A stretch of 32,000 nucleotides of DNA from an uncultured archaeon (GTDB taxonomy: Archaea; Asgardarchaeota; Jordiarchaeia; Jordiarchaeales; Jordiarchaeaceae). Below the pieces are notes generated by a model. It searched no databases and was not told where the DNA came from. It saw only the letters and a program-made list of their open reading frames with translations. The DNA is taken from contig CAZECW010000113.1 of assembly GCA_964510585.1 (NCBI GenBank), forward strand, positions 31,948 through 63,947, in the 5' to 3' direction. Position 1 is the stretch's first letter. The number at the start of each line of letters is the position of its first letter. Below are positions 27,860 to 32,000 of the stretch, one piece after another. The position numbers and the translations under genes are program-made.

Positions 27860-28432
27860 CTACTTTTTGGTGAAGTGGTCTAGGGTTAATTTTGCCTTTT
27901 TATTCTCTTCGGGTTTTGATTTTTTAGAAGACTTCGTTTTCTGCTTTGTTTCTTCCTCTATCTGTTTTTCTTTTACCTCCGTGTCTTCCTTAGATTTTTC
28001 TTTTTTAATCTCTTCCCCGGAAGTTTTTTGGATTTTTGGGGGTTCTTTGAACTGAACTATTGGGGGCTTTTCTTCTTTTGTAATAGTTTTTTGTTGGATT
28101 TTTAATTGTACTTCTTTGCATTCTATCCTGCTTTTTATGCTGTATGGTTTAATATTTATTAATTCTTCAGGTCTAACGTTTATATTCAATTTGTAGAGTG
28201 GTGGGAGTTCTATGCGTTCTTTAATAGTTAGGGTTTCGTTTTCTTTTTCCAGAATCTTTTCTTCAAGGGCGAGGGTAAGAATTTTTTGGGCAGTTGAGGG
28301 CGGTAGATTTTTGTGTATACCCCAGTTGAAGGAGAGGTAGAAGCACCAGTCAATTGGACTTAGATGTTCTTCGCCGGATAATTGAAAAGGTATCTGTGAA
28401 AGGAAGGTTAGATCTCTTCTGTCTATGGGCAT
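27860..28432 (-). CDS. DUF2240-like protein with long Lys/Glu-rich tail
   Basis: The N-terminus FYLSFNWG...PPSTAQKILTLALEEKIL resembles archaeal DUF2240. The charged tail ends KAKLTLDHFTKK. Confidence 0.65.
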   Translation of the reverse strand: MPIDRRDLTFLSQIPFQLSGEEHLSPIDWCFYLSFNWGIHKNLPPSTAQKILTLALEEKILEKENETLTIKERIELPPLYKLNINVRPEELINIKPYSIKSRIECKEVQLKIQQKTITKEEKPPIVQFKEPPKIQKTSGEEIKKEKSKEDTEVKEKQIEEETKQKTKSSKKSKPEENKKAKLTLDHFTKK

Positions 28433-28577
28433 TTTGCATACATCTCGTTAATCCTCATTATTTTAATGAGTCCTTGGATATATTAATAGCGCTTATTCTT
28501 AACCGGTGAAAGGACTTCTTTTGCATATAACGCCACCCTTTAATCGCAAATTTCTGAAAATGTTTCTATATTGGGCT

Positions 28578-29624
28578 TTAATGTTTCTTGTAAGGAGATG
28601 CGACCATTAGGGCCATGGCATAAGCTGTGGACATAGTGGCTCCCTTATCCCCAATGATTTGCCCCAAATCAATTATTTCTTTAAAACCCACAGCTTCGGC
28701 GGCTCTGCGGGCTAAAAAATTCCTACCCATTCCCGCTACAACCACTCTACTAATCGTTGGATTCCCAGAAGCAACTTGGAGTATAGCTTCTTTTATTTGG
28801 TCTAATTGACACTGATAAATATGCTTTGCAATCTCGTAAATCTCTTCCCTCCGAAGCATATTGGTGTCGGCACATATCACACGAGCCAAGCGTGCCAAAC
28901 TATGTTCAACAGTTTTGCTTCTGCCATCCGCTGTCTCACAGGAATATTCCTCCTCGCTAATGTTGCTGAGAATCAAGTGTACATCAGCTGAGAGAGCAAA
29001 TTTTTCAGAGGAAACCCTACACTCCCTACCCCAAACGGGAACGCGGCTCACAATGGCGGGTATAACTGTTCTAAGTGCACCGGTATAAACAAGTTCCCCC
29101 GAAATCAGTCTCTCAGTATCAGTTTTTCCCACAGTAAAGGGTTTTCCATCCACAACAGGTATGATGTCGGTGGTAGTGCTCCCCACGTCTATCAGAAAAC
29201 AATCCTTAATGTGGCGGCCTACCATCCAGGCCGAAGCAGCCCAATTAGCAGCAGCAACCCTTAAGGGATTTCTCCTAGCTTCAACCGGATTTAGAAGGTT
29301 AGCCTCAACATCAACCACCCAAACGTTGGTTTCGGGAAAAGCTTGCTCAACGGATTCTAAAACATGGTTTACACCCTCACGCTTTGTTTGGTAAGCATCA
29401 GAAAGTTCAGCGGTCATTGTCACGCCCACAGAGTAGGGTTTTCTATCTTTACAAAGTTCGTCCCGCATTTGTGCCAGTAATTGGGGTAGTTCAGAGAGAG
29501 AGTGTTGCCATACGGGAAAAAATACCGAGAGAGACTCGTAGTTCTCCACTTCACCCTTGGGATTCGTGTATAACGCCACAGCTTTGGTGTTCGCACCTCC
29601 AATATCCCATCCCAGAAATAGCAA
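28578..29624 (-). CDS. mfnF: Methanofuran biosynthesis protein MfnF (hydantoinase A-like)
   Basis: LGWDIGGANTK, VTMTAELSD...TKREGV, AAANWAA, IDVGSTTTDIIP, ELVYTGALRT, ARLARVICAD. GGAGG lies 7 nt before the TTG. Confidence 0.88.
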   Translation of the reverse strand: MLFLGWDIGGANTKAVALYTNPKGEVENYESLSVFFPVWQHSLSELPQLLAQMRDELCKDRKPYSVGVTMTAELSDAYQTKREGVNHVLESVEQAFPETNVWVVDVEANLLNPVEARRNPLRVAAANWAASAWMVGRHIKDCFLIDVGSTTTDIIPVVDGKPFTVGKTDTERLISGELVYTGALRTVIPAIVSRVPVWGRECRVSSEKFALSADVHLILSNISEEEYSCETADGRSKTVEHSLARLARVICADTNMLRREEIYEIAKHIYQCQLDQIKEAILQVASGNPTISRVVVAGMGRNFLARRAAEAVGFKEIIDLGQIIGDKGATMSTAYAMALMVASPYKKH

Positions 29625-29640
29625 CCCGAAACCTCCTCAG

Positions 29641-30204
29641 TTAACTCTTTATTAGGCCCTCCTTCTTGGCCATCTCAATTAAACCGGTTGGTGCAGTTAA
29701 TCCCCTCTCATCCATCATTTCTGTGACTCTTAATAGGATCCTGCTCCAATTATTAATTGCTTCCTCGCCGAATCTCCGTGTTTTTTTATCCTCCTCACTA
29801 TCGGTGAGTTTGTCCAAAGACCATTTTAGTATGCTGACCAGGTCAAAACAGGCCTCTGCAACTCCAGAAGCCCTTCCCAGAAATGCGCGGGCGTCCTCTA
29901 AATCCTGAGAAAAAAGCGTCGCCGCAATAAAGGATTCTACAGTAGCGTTTAGAGCTTGACAAGCATGGGCGAAAGCCCTAATGGAAATGAGAAGACATTC
30001 CCTGCTACTTTTTGCCCCCAATATTTCCTGAATGTTCCCCGCACTGAGATTACGCTGCACAATACGTGCCTCAGTAAATTTCTGGAACGCCTCCTTATAC
30101 TTTCCTTTTTCTAGGGCTTCCCCCGCTTCTTGAATAATTTTCATGAAGAGAGCGCTCCCCTTAGTGCTTAAGTCCATATACATGCCTCCAAACGAGCTAA
30201 CCAT
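29641..30204 (-). CDS. Hypothetical helical (TPR-like) protein in the mfnD-mfnF operon
   Basis: 187-codon ORF overlapping the mfnD stop by 8 nt and ending 16 nt before mfnF. The alternative ATG at 30177 has GGAGG 7 nt upstream. Confidence 0.75.
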   Translation of the reverse strand: MVSSFGGMYMDLSTKGSALFMKIIQEAGEALEKGKYKEAFQKFTEARIVQRNLSAGNIQEILGAKSSRECLLISIRAFAHACQALNATVESFIAATLFSQDLEDARAFLGRASGVAEACFDLVSILKWSLDKLTDSEEDKKTRRFGEEAINNWSRILLRVTEMMDERGLTAPTGLIEMAKKEGLIKS

Positions 30205-31465
30205 TAGGAAACTTCTCCAACTCTTGCTGTTCTATAACAGTTTTTATTTTTTTTCCAGTTAATTCTTCTATTAGGTCTTTCTTCATTTTCTCCATATTTA
30301 ACATTGCCAATTTCTCGTTTTTCGAGTGTGTAACTAGGATTGCGTGTATTTTGTCACCCATAGGAAATGGCGGAGCAGCTACACCTTTACGCTGTGCAAT
30401 CTTTCTAAATCTACCCTCATCAATTCTTAGGTCTGGAAGATATATTTTTTTGAAATATGCACAACCTTCAATGCTGATTTTTGAGGGTAGGGTTTTATTG
30501 ACAATGGCTTCATTTATCATACTGGTAAGATTTTGTCTGAGAACTCTTCTTAATCCCAAATAGGAGGTTGTGAGACGGGGATTAACTTCCAGAATAGTTA
30601 CCTCATCATCAGAAAGCTTAACATCCACACCTACATATCCTTGCAACCCATTTATGTTTTCTACCAGAGTTTTTGTATCCTCAAAGGCCTGTTCCTTCAG
30701 TCTATGCCTCAAGGGAACATATCCACCCTCATATTTAGACTCCTCATTGGGACTTCTAATCTTTACAGATTGAAAGTTTAAAGATAGGGGAAAAGCTTTT
30801 TCTCCATTAGAAATCAGGCTTACACTGGCATCTACACCAGGAACAAATTCCTCCACCAGAAACAAGTCACGATTACTTACCCTGCGAATCTTTTCTATAG
30901 CCTGCGGAATTTCATTCCCCTCACTCACAAGGCTCAACCCCTCGCTACCCGCACCATCCAAAACCTTAAACACAACTGGATAACCTATACCCTGAACAAT
31001 TTTTTCAACACTCGCAGCAGAACTACTAGTCTTTGAGAGGCTGTGCCTCGGAACCTTTAATCCCAATTCTTTCGCAACACCCAGAAGCTTACTCTTATCA
31101 GTAGTTAATTCTATAGCGGAGGGAAGAGGACCAAGAAGTTTAGCACCAGCCTTAACCACCTCAGAAGCCAAGGAGTACAGAATATTATCCGTCTCGGGCG
31201 CTATTAGGAACACGGCGTCAAACTCACCCAGCAATTCTCGAAATAAATCTAAATCCCAACTAGAAACAACTTTGACCTGATGAGCCCTTAAAGGAGGAAC
31301 AAGCTGTGCAATTCTATGATCAAGCGTTGTGTACACCTCGAAGCCCGCTTCCCTAAAGTCCTCAACAATATAGCGGAGCATAGCATAAGCCTCGCCTATC
31401 AAACCCGAGATCTCCCCCTCAACAAAACCTCCTCCAGAAAAAAACTCGAAAACCAGTAATTTCAA
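30197..31465 (-). CDS. mfnD: ATP-grasp tyramine--L-glutamate ligase (methanofuran biosynthesis)
   Basis: KLLVFEFFSGGG, EAYAMLRYIVEDF, FLIAPETDNIL, VVFKVLDGAGSEG, GYVGVD, LEVNPRLTTSY. GTGGTG lies 6 nt before the TTG at 31465. Confidence 0.85.
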   Translation of the reverse strand: MKLLVFEFFSGGGFVEGEISGLIGEAYAMLRYIVEDFREAGFEVYTTLDHRIAQLVPPLRAHQVKVVSSWDLDLFRELLGEFDAVFLIAPETDNILYSLASEVVKAGAKLLGPLPSAIELTTDKSKLLGVAKELGLKVPRHSLSKTSSSAASVEKIVQGIGYPVVFKVLDGAGSEGLSLVSEGNEIPQAIEKIRRVSNRDLFLVEEFVPGVDASVSLISNGEKAFPLSLNFQSVKIRSPNEESKYEGGYVPLRHRLKEQAFEDTKTLVENINGLQGYVGVDVKLSDDEVTILEVNPRLTTSYLGLRRVLRQNLTSMINEAIVNKTLPSKISIEGCAYFKKIYLPDLRIDEGRFRKIAQRKGVAAPPFPMGDKIHAILVTHSKNEKLAMLNMEKMKKDLIEELTGKKIKTVIEQQELEKFPNG

Positions 31466-31639
31466 CCAAACCACCACAACTTAGTCATCTGCAAACCTTA
31501 ACAGGTTTCCCTTTAACATTCTAGCGACGCGAAGTTTTTTAAATACAGACACTGATTCAAACTTAAATTAGCACCTCTATAATTTTTCCGGGAATGTTGG
31601 ACTATTCAAAAATTTAACTCTTAAATTATGGTGTTTTTT

Positions 31640-32000
31640 ATGAGGGTTATACCAGTAATGGATGTTTTGAAGGGAGAAGTTGTTCAAGCCATTAGGGGAG
31701 AGCGCCAGAAATATCAGCCAATGAAAACAGTTCTCTCAGCCTCTTCAAAACCGTTGGATATAGCCTTGGCCTTCCAGGAGATTTATGGTTTCGATGAGCT
31801 CTACATAGCGGATTTGGACGCCATACAGGGATTAGGCTCAAACATTAAAGCAGTCAAAGAAATTTCCAGTAGAACAAATTTAAAACTAATTGTAGATGCG
31901 GGAGCAAACAATCCCAAGGACGCCAGGCGCATCTTGGAAGCTGGCGCACAAAAAGTCATTGTAGCCACAGAAACACTAGAATCAGTCAAACAGTTGGAAG
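31640..32000 (+). CDS. HisA/HisF-related TIM-barrel protein of C1-cofactor clusters, 3' partial
   Basis: Not in the ORF track because the stop lies outside the window. Reads MRVIPVMDVLKGEVVQAIRGERQKYQP...DELYIADLDAIQG...LIVDAG...ILEAGAQKVIVATETL and is divergent from mfnD. Confidence 0.88.
   Translation, partial: MRVIPVMDVLKGEVVQAIRGERQKYQPMKTVLSASSKPLDIALAFQEIYGFDELYIADLDAIQGLGSNIKAVKEISSRTNLKLIVDAGANNPKDARRILEAGAQKVIVATETLESVKQLE

Noticed and set aside
1-32000. Search for tRNA (including tRNA-Sec), rRNA, CRISPR arrays, IS/transposase or integrase; also the many antisense shadow ORFs in the track
   Set aside because: No T-loop/anticodon cloverleaf, repeat-spacer array, terminal inverted repeats or DDE/tyrosine-recombinase motifs were seen by eye. 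The remaining track ORFs overlap well-supported genes in other frames.

Overview
Archaeal genomic window, probably from an Asgard archaeon. Evidence: 20S proteasome beta subunit, archaeal/eukaryotic-type IleRS, methanofuran genes, DUF2240, two longin-like proteins and a stand-alone 7TM protein; taxonomy is inferred from gene content only. About 28 CDSs, mostly housekeeping or metabolic; no rRNA, tRNA, CRISPR or mobile element was recognised. The main hidden signal is a HesB/IscA-fold ORF at 17559-17903 that the ORF track truncates. It has an in-frame TGA at the family's conserved Cys position (YT-U-GG) and a structured 3' element right after the stop, so it is a probable selenoprotein with a candidate SECIS. 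Other notable observations: two genes whose best SD-linked start is ATT; tandem longin-like paralogs sharing a C-x11-C-x11-C-x7-C tail; a class V PLP enzyme lacking the desulfurase Cys; an uncharacterised helical protein inside mfnD-mfnF; a PIP-box-like tail on DUF2240; a 1 kb hairpin-rich intergenic region; and kb-scale patches of G+T versus A+C skew. All family calls come from motif recognition by eye, with no database searches run.
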